Shown here one piece after another: positions 25,331 to 38,190 of a stretch of DNA of 64,000 bases (position 1 is the first letter of the stretch; every line of letters starts with the position of its first letter). This stretch comes from Octopus sinensis. Lineage: Eukaryota. The translations under genes were made by a program, and so were the position numbers. Where the stretch lies: positions 18,413,360-18,477,359 of the forward strand of contig NC_043019.1 of the NCBI RefSeq assembly GCF_006345805.1, read 5' to 3'. The notes beneath the pieces were generated by a model, which did not search any database, was not told the origin of the DNA, and saw only the letters and a program-made list of their open reading frames with translations.

Positions 25331-28300
25331 ATAACTTCAGGAAACCTACCAGCCACCTAGTCACTTACCGATCGGGCCAACATACCAGCCAAATTGACTA
25401 CATCCTTGCAAGGCAAAGGGAGAGATGGCTGCTTATAAATGCCAAAACCTTCCCAGGCGAAGAATGTACCCCACAACATAGACTGGTAGTTAGTGACTTT
25501 AGGATCAGGACTAGGAGGACAACCAGAAGACGACCAACATGGAGAAGAAGGATCTGGAAGCTTAAAGATCCTGCAAATGGACAGAGATTTAGGGACATAT
25601 TACTTGAAGCCTTTGACGAAGTAGAAGGGGATAGAGCATCACCGGGGGTAGAAGACAACTGGACGTTTCTAAGGGACAACCTGCTGAGAGCCACTGACCA
25701 GATCTGTGGCTGGTGCAAAGTCCCCTCTGGACCTAGAATAACGTGGTGGTGGAACAATATTGTAGACAGGGCTCTTAGAGAAAAGAGACAGGCTTGGAAG
25801 GTCTGGAAAAATGGGGGTAGCAGGGAATTGTATCAGACTGCCAAAAGAGAAGCTAGGAGACAGCTTTATTTAGCCAGAGGGGAAGCAGATAAGAAAAAAT
25901 TTGCCAATGTTCTGCGCTGTGAGGACCAAAGACTGGAGGTGTTTCACGTTGCAAGACAGTGTGTGAGAGAGAATCGTGATGTGGTAGGAGAGAAGTGTGT
26001 TCGCATGGAAGATGGTTCACTTGCGCTAAATGAGGATGCAAAGAGAGAGGTTTGGAGACGCCACTATGAAAGGTTGCTGAATAAAGAAAATGAATGGGAT
26101 AAAGAGAGTCTGCCGAATGTTGACCCAACAGAGGGACCAGCTATCCGAGTTGATAGTTCCGTGGTAGTTAAGGCAATTAGAAGCATGAAGACAGGGAAAG
26201 CCCCAGGCCCATCAGGAATCACTGCAGAGATGCTCAAAATGTCTAGTAGTGTCGGCTATAGCCTAGTCACCCGTATAGTTAATCAGGTGATACACAAAAG
26301 AGTCATACCCAATGACTGGTGTAGCAGCATAATAGTCAACTGCTACAAAGGTGACGCCCTAGATACAAATAACTACAGAGGTATCAAGCTGTTGGATCAG
26401 GTGATGAAGGTTACGGAGAGGGTCATAGCCCAACTAATTAGAGAGAGAGTTAGTTTAGATGAGATGCAGTTTGGGTTTGTGCCAGGGAAAAGTACCACTG
26501 ATGCTATATTCCTGGTAAGGCAGCTGCAGGAGAAATACCTAGCCAAAGATAAGCCCCTGTACCTGGCTTTTGTTGACATGGAGAAAGCCTTCGACAGGGT
26601 CCCCCGATCCCTTATCTGGTGGTCAATGAGGAAACTAGGGATAGATGAATGGTTAGTGAGAGCTGTGCGGGCCATGTATAGGGACGCTGCTAGTAAGGTG
26701 AGGGTTGGCAACGAGTACAGTGAAGAATTCCGGGTAGAGGTAGGGGTCCACCAAGGCTCAGTCCTCAGCCCCTTCCTATTTATCATAGTCCTCCAGGCAA
26801 TAACGGAGGAATTCAAGACAGGATGCCCTTGGGAGCTCCTCTGAGCTGATGACCTTGCTCTAATTGCCGAGTCGCTATCAGAACTGGAGGAAAAGTTTCA
26901 AGTGTGGAAGCAAGGATTAGAATCGAAGGGCCTTAGAGTCAATCTAGCTAAAACCAAAGTTGTAATCAGTAGGAAGGTAGACAAATCACAAACGCCTTCA
27001 GGTAGATGGCCCTGCTCAATCTGTAGAAAAGGTGTAGGTAGAAACTCTATAAGATGCACCAAGTGTAAGCTATGGACACATAAGAGGTGCAGCAATGTCA
27101 ACGGAAGGCTAACTAGGAAGATGGTTTTTATATGTGGCAGATGCTCAGGAACAATAAACACTGAAAATGCTCTGAGACCAACTTCCGTCACTTTCCAGGG
27201 AGAAAAACTAGAAATAGTTGATAGTTTCCGTTACCTAGGTGACCAAGTCAGCAGCGGGGGCAGGTGTGCTGAAAGTGTAACTGCTAGAGTAAGAATAGCT
27301 TGGGCAAAGTTCAGAGAGCTCTTACCTCTGCTGGTGACAAAAGGCCTCTCGCACAGAGTAAAAGGCAGACTGTATGATGCGTGTGTACGAACAGCCATGC
27401 TACATGGCAGTGAAACATGGGCCGTGACTGCTGAGGATATGCGTAAGCTCGCAAGAAATGAAACAAGTATGCTCCGATGGATGTGTAATGTCAGTACTCA
27501 TACTCGGCAGAGTGTAAGTACCTTGAGAGAAAAGCTTGACCTAAGAAGCATCAGTTGTGGTGTGCAAGAGAGACGTTTGCGCTGGTATGGGCATGTGGCG
27601 AGAATGGATGAAGATAGTTGTGTGAAAAAGTGCCACACCCTAGCGGTTGAGGGAACCTGCGGAAGAGGCAGACCCAGGAAAACCTGGGACGAGGTGGTGA
27701 AGCACGACCTTCGAACTTTAGGTCTCACTGAGGAAATGACTAGAGACCGAGACCTCTGGAAGTGTGCTGTGCGCGAGAAGACCCGGCAGGACAAGTGAGT
27801 CCATAACCCGTGGCCTTCTACATGGGATGGAGCCAGCCTATGTATGCATACCTTCCCTTCTTGGGACACAAAACTCTACTTGTGAAGACCTGTTGAGGCA
27901 AGTGAGGATCAGAATTGAAATCGATCAATGGAAATTGCAGATGTGTTACCAGTGCCGGTGGCATGTAAGAGAACCATCTATTCGTGACCGTTGCCAGCGC
28001 CGCCCCGACTGGCCTCGTGCCGGTGGCACATAAAAAGCACCATCCATTCGTGTCTGTTGCCAGCCTCGCCTGGCCCCCGTGCCGGTGGCACATAAAAAGC
28101 ACCATCTGTTCATGGCTGTTTGCCAGCTCTGTCTGGCACCTGTGCGGGTGGCACGTAAAAAGTACCTACTACACTCACGAGAAGACCCGGCAGGACAAGT
28201 GAGTCCATAACCCGTGGCCTTCTACATGGGATGGAGCCAGCCTATGTTGGCGTTAGGAAGGGCATCCAGCTGTAGAAACACTGCCAGATCTGACTAGGCC

Positions 28301-28392
28301 CGATGAAGCCTTCTGGCTTCACAGACCCCAGTTGAACCGTCCAACCCATGCTAGCATGGAAAACGGACGCTAAACGATGATGATGATGATGA
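25331..28392 (+). mobile_element. RTE-clade LINE copy B, 5'-truncated, nonsense codon in YADD
   Basis: APE C-terminus (SQIDYIL, QHRLVVSDF), RT (KAPGPSG, NYRGIKLL, FVDMEKAFDRVP, VHQGSVLSP), PHD-like finger, (GAT)n tail. Confidence 0.93.
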
Positions 28393-28407
28393 AATATATA
28401 TATATAT

Positions 28408-31400
28408 AGCCACTGACCAGATCTGTGGCTGGTGCAAAGTCCCCTCTCGTCCCAAGGTAACGTGGTGGTGGAACAGTGTCGTAGACAGGGCTATTAGAGA
28501 AAAGAGACAGACTTGGAAGCACTGGAAGAATGGTGGTAGCAGGGAATTGTATCAGACTGCTAAAAGGGAAGCTAGGAGACAGGTCTATCTAGCCAGAGGG
28601 GAAGCAGATAAGAAAAAATTTGACAATGTTCTGCGCCGTGAGGACCAAAGACTGGAGGTGTTTCGCGTTGCAAGACAGTGTGTGAGAGAGAATTGTGATG
28701 TGGTGGGAGAGAAGTGTGTTCGCATGGAAGATGGTTCACTTGCGCTAAACGAGGATGCAAAGAGAGAGGCTTGGAGATGCCACTATGAAAGGTTGCTGAA
28801 TAAAGAAAATGAATGGGATAAAGAGAGTCTGCCGAACGTTGACCCAACAGAGGGACCAGCTATCAGGGTTGATAGTTCCTTAGTAGCTAAGGCAATTAGA
28901 AGCATGAAGACAGGGAAAGCCCCAGGCCCATCAGGTATCACTGCAGAGATGCTCAAATATCTGGTAGTGTCGGCTATAGCCTAGTCACCTGTATAGTTAA
29001 TCAGGTGATACATGAAGGAGTCATACCCAATGACTGGTGTAGCAGCATAATAGTCAACTGCTACAAAGGTAAGGTGATGCCCTAGATACAAATAATTACA
29101 GAGGTATCAAGCTGTTGGATCAGGTGATGAAGGTTACAGAGAGGGTCATAAGCCAACTAATTAGAGAGAGAGTTAGTTTAGATGAGATGCAGTTTGGTTT
29201 CGTGCCAGGGAAAAGTACCACTGATGCTATATTCCTGGTAAGGCAGCTGCAGGAGAAATACCTAGCCAAAGATAAGCCCCTGTACCTGGCTTTTGTTGAC
29301 ATGGAGAAAGCCTTCGACAGGGTCCCCCCGATCCCTCATATGGTGGTCAATGAGGAACTAGGAATAGAAGAATGGTTAGTGAGAGCTGTGCAAGCCATGT
29401 ACAGGGACGCTGCTGCTAGTAAGGTGAGGGTTGGAAATGAGTACAGTGAAGAATTCCGGGTAGAGGTAGGGGTCCACCAAGGCTCAGTCCTCAGCCCCCC
29501 TCCTATTTATCATAGTCCTCCAGGCAATAACGGAGGAATTCAAGACAGGATGCCCCTGGGAGCTCCTCTATGCTGATGACCTTGCTCTAATTGCTGAGTC
29601 ATTATCAGAACTGGAGAAGAAGTTTCAGGTGTGGAAGCATGGTTTAGAATCGAAGGGCCTTAGAGTCAACCTAGCTAAAACCAAAGTCGTAATAAGTAGG
29701 AAGGTAGACAAATCACAAACGCCTTCAGGTAGATGGCCCTGCTCGATCTGTAGAAAAGGTGTAGGTAGAAACTCTATAAGATGCACCAAGTGTAAGCTAT
29801 GGACACATAAGAGGTGCAGCAATGTCATAGGAAGGCTAACTAGGAAGATGGTTTTTGTATGTGGCAGATGCTCGGGAGCATTAACCTCTGAAAATCTGCA
29901 GAAAACAACTTCCGTCACTTTCCAGGGGGAAAAACTAGAAGTGGTTGATAGCTTCCGTTATCTTGGTGACCAAGTCAGTAGTGGGGGTGGTGTGCTGAAA
30001 GTGTAACGGCTAGAGTAAGAATAGCCTGGGCAAAGTTTAGGGAGCTCTTACCTCTGTTGGTGACTAAAGGCCTCTCGCTCAGAGTAAAAGGCAGACTGTA
30101 TGATGCATGTGTACGAACAGCCATGCTACATGGCAGTGAAACATGGGCCGTGACTGCTGAGGACATGCGTAAGCTCGCGAGAAATGAAGCTAGTATGCTC
30201 CGTTGGATGTGTAATGTCAGTGTTCATAGTCGACAGAGTGTAAGTACCTTGAGAGAAAAGTTGGACCTAAGAGGAATCAGATGTTGTGTGCAAGAGAGAC
30301 GATTGTGCTGGTATGGTCATGTGGTGAGAATGGATGAAGATAGGTGTATGAAAAAGTGCCACACCCTGGCAGTTGAGGGGACCTGTGGAAGAGGTAGACC
30401 CAGGAAAACCTGGGTCGAGGTGGTGAAGCACGACCTTTGAACTCTAGGTCTCACCAAGGAAATGACCAGAGACCGAGACCTATGGAAGTATGCTGTGCGT
30501 GAGAAGACCCGGCAAGACCAGTGAGAACAATCAAAATCAAATCATATATCAGAAAGCAGGGGTTAAGTGACCCATCTGTTCGTGTCCGCTGTCAGCCTCG
30601 TCTGGCACCCGTGCCGGTGGCACGTAAAAGCACCATCCGTTCGTGTTCGTTGCCAGCCTCGCCTGGCCCCGTGCCGGTGACATGTAAAAGCACCGTCCGT
30701 TCGTGGCCGTTGGCCAGCTCTGCCTGGCCCCGTGTCGGTGGCACGTAAAAGCACCATCCGTTCGTGGCCGTTTGCCAGCTCTGTCTGGCCCCGTGTCGGT
30801 GGCACGTAAAAGCACCATTCATCCGTGTCCGTTGCCAGCCTCGGCTGGCCCCCGTGCCGGTGACACGTAAAAGCACCGTCCGCTCGTGGCTGTTTGCCAG
30901 CTCTGTCTGGCAACCGTGTCGGTGGCACGTAAAAGCACCATCTGTTCGCGTCCGTTGCCAGCCTCGGCTGGCCCCCGTGCCTGTGACACGTAAAAGCACC
31001 ATCCGTTCGTGGCCGTTTGCCAGCTCTGTCTGGCCCCGTGTCGGTGGCACGTAAAAGCACCATCCGTTCGCGTCTGTTGCCAGCCTCGGCTGGCCCCCGT
31101 GTCGGTGGCACGTAAAAGCACCATCCGTTCGCGTCTGTTGCCAGCCTCGGCTGGCCCCCGTGTCGGTGGCACGTAAAAGCACCATCCGTTCGTGTCCGTT
31201 GCCAGCATCGCCTGGCCCCGTGCCGGTGACACGTAAAAGCACCATCCGTTCGTGGCCGTGCGCCAGCTCTGTCTGGCACCTGTGCAGGTGGCACGTAAAA
31301 AACACCCACTATACTCGCGGAGTGGTTGGCGTTAGGAAGGGCATCCAGCCGTAGAAACACTGCCAGATCTGACTGGGCCTGACGAAGCCTTCCAGCTTCA

Positions 31401-31477
31401 CAGACCCCAGTTGACCCGTCCAACCCATGCTAGCATGGAAAACGGACGCTAAACGATGATGATGATGATGATGATGA
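28408..31477 (+). mobile_element. RTE-clade LINE copy C, 5'-truncated and frameshifted, with a 12-unit 3' UTR minisatellite
   Basis: Near-identical to copy B; ~61-bp units at 30570-31300; (GAT)n tail. Confidence 0.93.
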
Positions 31478-31943
31478 AAATATTACATTTTATAAAGGGC
31501 TTAGTAAAATAAATTACTTTGCCACATACTGAACTCATTAGAAATAGCAGCCAAAAAAATTTTTTTTAGCCATTTCTAATACTTAAAGAAAATTTCTCTC
31601 AGATAGTGTTTACTCAAAATAACCCACGAAGGTATGGGGGTAAAAACATTAAAAAATCACAAGTGCAAAGATTATTTGAGAACGTACGTTTCTAGATCAG
31701 CCAAATACAATTCGACATTTCTTTCGTCAGCTCAAAATTTCTTAATTCGGATTTGTAAACACTGAAAGTAGGAGCATACCCTTTTGGCGACTTTTCACCT
31801 CCGAAGATCCGTTCAAACTAACAGTGCCAACAAATTCAAAATATGCAAGCGAAGAATTACTGCCCTCCCTTTCCACCCACGTGGGCTAAAACTAGCAAAC
31901 ACCATGTTTTATTGGTGAAAACCGAAGCATTAAACAGAGAGAA

Positions 31944-32590
31944 ATGAATTATAATTTCAACAATTTCAACAAGATGAGAAAGGGCCAGTTTTTATCCCCA
32001 GCCATCAAAGGCAAAAGGAAAGACTGTGCTACAAAGCTTTTGAACAAACTCAAGCATCTCCTCCGACCAAACATGATTTGGTTTTTCTCAGTCAAGATAA
32101 ATTTTTTGCCAGGATCAGATGGTGAAGACACAGAGCAACTGTTGGCTTGCTGTGTCCCCAAAACATATACTGAGAGTGAAAAAAAAATCAAACATCCAGT
32201 CAACACCATGGTGTTTGGAGCAATCACTTTCTACACCCCTAACATCTGGCCACCTAACTCCCCAGACTGCAACCCCCTTGATTATTATGTGTGGGGGCTA
32301 GTTGAGCAAGAGACCAACACAACTCCTTCTAACACCAAAGTTGAACTGTAGGCAAGGATTATGGCAGCATTGACCAACTTAAACAAGGAACCATCCAGAA
32401 GAGTTACTGGAGATTCCAAAGTCATCTGGAGGCCGTGGTTGAAGCCAATGGCGATTATATTGGAGAAATTTACTCTTCAGTATTTCAAGATATTTTTATA
32501 TAATTTTGGTGAATATATCTGTTAAAATGAGATGTCAGTGTTATTTTCATTTTTGCATAATTTAGACAACAATTTATTCATCGCAAAACC
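31944..32590 (+). mobile_element. Tc1/mariner-superfamily (maT-like) transposase remnant, internally deleted
   Basis: IWFFS and WPPNSPDCNPLDYYVWG motifs; right end followed by TA. Confidence 0.75.
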
Positions 32591-32685
32591 TATATATACA
32601 TATATATATATACCGGAGTAAATACATAAATGTGAAACAAGGTGGAAAAAAGGGTACTCAAATACCAGTGGTAGAGTAATAGGCT

Positions 32686-32777
32686 TTATTTAAAGCAGCA
32701 GAAAATTCAAGAAAACCTGTTACTCTGAGTTTCACGGGAGTAAAAGGTTTTGTTGAATTTTCTGCTGCTTTAAATAA
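32686..32777 (-). mobile_element. Short inverted-repeat remnant with the 3' half of a hammerhead (GAAAC-UCAGA-GUA)
   Basis: 33-bp arms 32686-32718 and 32745-32777 with one mismatch; flanked by (TA)n. Confidence 0.45.
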
Positions 32778-34362
32778 TATATATATATATATCAATCATC
32801 TAGGCATAGCTATACTAATAACTGATGTTAGAAGTCAATACACTTATTCTTCAGAAGAAAGTATTAGTTGGGTGAAAGAGCTTAATACGAAATTAAATAA
32901 CAAAAGAACAGGAAATTATGTTATGACCTTCATTAGCGCTTACAGTTGTCTCTGCTGTACGACGCAATGTGTTCAGAGCTGAGTGCACGTGCCTCACCTT
33001 ATAGCTTCCTCAGAGCTTAACATACTATAAAAAAATATATTACGTAGACAACAATATTTCCAACCAAGACGTTACAACCGTATCTGATTGTTCAAGTGCT
33101 TCAATTCTGTGACCAGAACATGTTTGCTTAAATGCTGAGATTTAGCAGTGGTTTCATGAACCGTTTTGATGCACCATTTTCTATCATTAGTAAAACAGTC
33201 GGCATTTTTGACGACACAGGTATGCTAGTGAAATAATAATCAGTGCTGTAGGTAGTATGTGCTACCGGGGGCAGCCTTCGAATTTGCCGCCCCCTTTCCG
33301 AGACCCGCAGCCTATACAGTAGACCAGAAAGTGACACCCGGGACGGACTGTCCTTCCCCCCATAACATATGTGCGTGTGTGATTGTCTGTATCAAAATTA
33401 TAAAATAAATGAAGACTGCAGTGAACACCATATTTGGTAACCTTTACGTGAAGCGGTGGTCTTCATTATAATAACCACCTTAGAATCGCCTGAATGATGG
33501 GGGTCTAGAGCGAACCCTAGAAAGTTGGTCGAAATATTCTGATAATCCTTCGATATTGGTACATAATGTCATTCACAGGCACAACTTTCCTTCGTGACAT
33601 AAATAAAAGGGCAAGGCTGAAAAACATCGTGTTCCGACACCGACACTGTAGACCAACACCGAAGTAGGGCCAGTTTTCTACGGCTATAGCTGTATATAAT
33701 AATTGGCTCACCTTTATTCTTGATTAAAAAATATATCTTAAAGATTCTTAAAAAATAAACACAGTTATAGCTCAATGCCAGTTACCTATACAGAATTGTT
33801 ATACCTGTACAAAACAATCCACACTCATAACTGAAAGATGACAGTAATGTACGATTAAAATTGATATTTACCGTGAGATAAGATAGGAACATTTGTAACT
33901 AGAATATGTTCGGTTAAATTAGTTTATGAATGTTTAATTGCAATTACCGGTGAGATGAAGAGAAAAGACTATATCAAACTATGACTGAGATCACCTCAGT
34001 AGAATACCATTTTACTGAAGGTTGATTAATACATTACTCTGAGATCGTGTGCTGGAACGAAAACAATTGCCGCATGGAAGGTGTTTATAAACCATTTAAG
34101 AAACACACAAAAGCCGTTCGATTCACTTCAACATTTAAGTTTAATTTGTCAAAATATTTTCGTCGCTTTAAGACCGCGACCTGTTCACTGACAAAAATCC
34201 GTGCTGCATCGTGTTTTTATATATATATATATATATATATATTGAAGCTAAACCCCTTATGGGCGGGAAACCTAAAGTAATCCCATAAAATGGCCTTCCC
34301 CATTTTTAATATTATGTATATATATTTATATATATAAATTCCCGGGGTCCTAGACGCTGAAA

Positions 34363-34575
34363 TACTACTTAAGAACAGTGATCCTGGTGCGCGCACTCGC
34401 GCAAGCTAGTCATGACTAGTTGATCCTTACTTTGTGTTTTTGTATTTTATTTACTTTGTTTAAAAAATTATTTATTTTGTGTTTTATTTACTTTGCAAGG
34501 TAGTCGTTGTAGGATCGACTGGTCACGACTAGCTAGCACGGATGCGCGCACCGGGACCACTGTTCTCAAGTAGTA
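34363..34575. mobile_element. MITE with ~66-bp imperfect terminal inverted repeats
   Basis: tactacttaagaacagtgatcctggtgcgcgca... is mirrored by ...tgcgcgcaccgggaccactgttctcaagtagta; CTGAAA occurs on both flanks. Confidence 0.7.
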
Positions 34576-35300
34576 CCTGAAATATCTACATTCTACGAAT
34601 TCTGAAAATCTCTCTCTCTCCCCACACACAGAAGTGTATATGAGTGAAATTGTGTTTATTCATGCGTGTGAGATTATACACCCGTCTTTATTCGTAGGTG
34701 TGTGTAGATATATACACACACACACATCCATAGGCATGAACAAAACACGCACCGGTTTTGAATAAATGCACTAATTGCTGCATGAACAAATCTATCCACC
34801 CCTTTCTATTACCAAAGGGTAAAATAACTCCCAAGAGTATTGTGCTAAAAAAAAACACATTACCACATCATCTTCATTTAAACTACTTATATTTGATTCC
34901 ATTTTTTAATGTTTACATATTTTCCACAAGACATTAATTTCCATCATGAACGTAAATATTCAGACAGGATCAGTAGAATGATACGATCTGACAAGAATGG
35001 ACCCTTCAAGATATAACCCATCCGAGGGGCTTCTATAATTTCTTTACAAGCCACTCGGTCATTATATCATCAAGATGAATTTCTAAAATAATTGTTAACG
35101 TCATTTTATCTATTTCCCGTTGTTTGTAAATGTGTGAAGTTTTTAAGAAGGAAAAAAGATACGGAATCCCTCACGAATATATCAATAAGGTATATATATA
35201 TATAGGCTAATGTATATACTGAGTATATTAATTAAAATATAAAACCAGAAAGTTTAGTAAAAGAGATGGAATAATCGGACAGATGGAGACGAAAACTTAC

Positions 35301-35333
35301 CATCGCGCTCAGCTCTTTAACACGTATTCCTGG
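35301..35333 (-). CDS. Candidate small exon ending in ATG (PGIRVKELSAM); alternative start or internal cassette exon of the GPX4-like gene
   Basis: Pyrimidine tract then aatcag|CCA...GCGATG|GTAAGT: consensus donor directly after an ATG, phase 0. Confidence 0.4.
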
Positions 35334-35370
35334 CTGATTGATGTGAATACAAAGATAAAGTGTGCGCGCG

Positions 35371-35408
<38 letters not shown>

Positions 35409-38064
35409 CAAATGATTATATAGCTATGTGCGTAGAAAGAGATATAAATAGAGAGAGAATATATGCAGGAAGAGTGAAAATGTGAGAGAGACAGAGAGAG
35501 GAAAAAAGATGCAGCAGTGGAAAAGAAAGAAAAGATTAAAAGTAAAGCGAGAGAGGGATGAAAGGAAGAAAGAAGGATGTTATAAGAGAGTACGGGGTGG
35601 GGGAGGTGATTAATAGAGTGTAATAAAGTATGAGAGAGGGGAGGGAGATAAAGATATAAAGAGAGGGGGGAGGGAAGAAAGAGAGAGAAGCAATTTGAGG
35701 TCGGAAGAATTAGAAATAATAAAAGGTCGTGGTTGTGGACAAGAAAAATAGAAGCATGGATGGGAAGGACGGAGATAGAGGAATATAAAAATAGCCGGGA
35801 AAGAGGGGGAAAATGTGGAAACAATGGTTTTATTGAAAGAATGGAGATGGAAAAAGAGATGATGAGAGAGACGAGAAAGAAGAGTGGCCGAGTTAAAAGA
35901 AGGAAGAGTTTGTCCCACAACAAATAGTTTCTGTTAATACACCATGAAGTAGAATATAATATTCTTCCCGACTTCTCTTTTTATTAGGAGTTTAATTTCA
36001 AAAGATAAAAAATTGTTAGCTTTATATTCTTAATTTTTGGGAAAATATCCGAAATGTACATCAAGAGAACTACTGCGTGATTGTCTGACCCGCTAGAAAT
36101 AGCAGTCGAATCTTAGATTCACCATTTACATTGAATAATGTAAACCCTGTTACACGAAAATGGAACATCATAAATCATCGGTCGGCTTAATCAGAGCTGA
36201 GCCAAGACTGAATACAAACATTCTTTATAGTTATTGTTACTTAATCTCCGGTCAAACGTGATATCAAGCAAACATACAACCAGCAAAAGAGATCCAGTCG
36301 TGGCCACGTTGTCATTTTAAGGCGATGTAAAACTACATTATATAATATATCCTTTTTATTTAAGACGATCAGGTAAACTTCGAGAGAGATTTTGCGGGTA
36401 ATTCTAGTAGGTTTAATAACCACAGACTCCCTGAGTGGTTATCGTTTGCGTTGGTAAGAAACAAAAGCAATCATTTTATTTTGTGAACCCTTAGCACAAA
36501 ATCCCAAATTTTGGCGGGAAATGCATGATACAGAAATATGTAAGACCACACCATGGAAGTCTTGATAAGATGTGAAGTAAAGAGTCAAGAAATGTAGCAA
36601 GATATTCTTGATGAAATGTAGAGAATAGAATGGCAGAACGAGTGGCGGTCGAATTGCAATGTGTTTGTCTCGATACAAATCTTGTCAGTTTGAATATTGA
36701 CGATAGCGACTTTACCTTTCGTTCCTCAGTGGCCGATAAAATAAGGGACCAATAATAGGGACACACACACACGCACACACTTATAATTGATTATTCTCTT
36801 TGTCACAAAATGTGCTTACTTGTGCCGTCGTCTCTCACACAAAGAGAGGAACGTAAATAGAGAGAGAGAAGAATTTTAGTGGAAAGATGAGAAACGGAGG
36901 AAGGGGCTATAAAATAAGGATTGTAGGCGAAAAGTAAAGGAGAATTGTAGAGAAGAGAAAATAGTGAGGAGGTTAAGTTGGGTGAAAAGACAAAGGGAGA
37001 GAAATAGGTTGGGAAATAAAACCAGAATAAAATAATGGTTTCTCTTCTATGTGCAAGGCTAGCAATTTTGAGGGGAGGGACAAGTTGATACCTTCAACCG
37101 CAGTAGTGAATAAGTCAAAAGGTACTTTATTGACTGCAGTGGATTGAAAGATGGAGTCGACAGGGCAGGATTCGAACCCAGATCATAAAGAGCCAGAAGA
37201 GATACCACAAGGCATTTTCTGACAGTTCTGTCATTGCACCACTGTGAATAATTGTTTTGTTTTTTAATTTGGGAACAAGGCCTAAATTAATTAGAGTGGG
37301 GGTTGTTAGTTCCCCAATAGTTGATTGGTAATCGGGCCTGGAGAAATAAAAGGTAAAGTTGAACTCAAAGTACCAATCCACTTCCTTAAAATAACAACAA
37401 CGCTTGATTAGCCACAAGGGTTCACATTGAGGACAGTACAGGATGATAGCAGGTGAAAAAAGAAATGAATAAAAGCAAAGATTAATAAAGTAAAAACAAA
37501 TGGTGATAAAGTGTAGGGATGAGGAGCTGGAAGGAAAGGTCTGTTAAGGGGTTAGACTGGAACAGGAAGGATGAGAGAGGAAGTGATGGAAGGAAGACCA
37601 GGGGGTCATCCTCTATTGCCTTGGATGCTCAAGACGAATGGATGAGACAAGTGAGCAGATAGGGATGGGCACTAGCAGCTGTTATCGTTAGGTACGGGAG
37701 CTGGGCACAAGTTTTGGATTGAGTGCAGCTAAACAGCAAAACGACAGGGAAATTGTTTCCTTATTTTGCTGCTTTACAAATCCCTCACATAACAGTTTAA
37801 TTAAAGAGTTTCAGTTCAAAATGGAAAAAAAAAAGTTAAAACAACCAAAAGTAAAAGGAAATTTTAACTTAGAAAAAAAATTAAAAACTCTTCATCTCAG
37901 TCACCACTGCCCAGACCTGCATGGATACACTCTCTCATTTCAAGTGGTTGTGTCCAGTTATATAATATGAACTTATCAGCTGGTTTATATTTACTGAATC
38001 TTTCTGGTTTTGCACTTAAATATATTTCTTGTTCCACAAACGTTTCCAGGATTTTTTCAGCCAT

Positions 38065-38190
38065 ATCTTTAGCTGTCATTTACATAAGACTTACTTTCTT
38101 CAACAATTCTCCAGCTGATATCATAAGTTGCAGCTTTTTGTGTTAAAGACCAGATATAATTCATGAGTTTGTTGCATTTCGTTTATTAAT
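38065..38190 (-). pseudogene. Penelope-like GIY-YIG endonuclease C-terminal remnant
   Basis: Frameshifted KRNAT/KLMNYIWSLTQKAATYDISWRIVEESKSY resembles the NATELSKYIW.LK...I.W.I...Y segment of PLE ORFs. Confidence 0.45.

Noticed and set aside
30570-31300. CRISPR-like repeat-spacer appearance
   Set aside because: The inter-repeat segments are themselves homologous, the DNA is eukaryotic, and there are no cas genes.
35309-35923. 204-aa L/S/F-rich minus-strand ORF
   Set aside because: Translation of a low-complexity pyrimidine tract.
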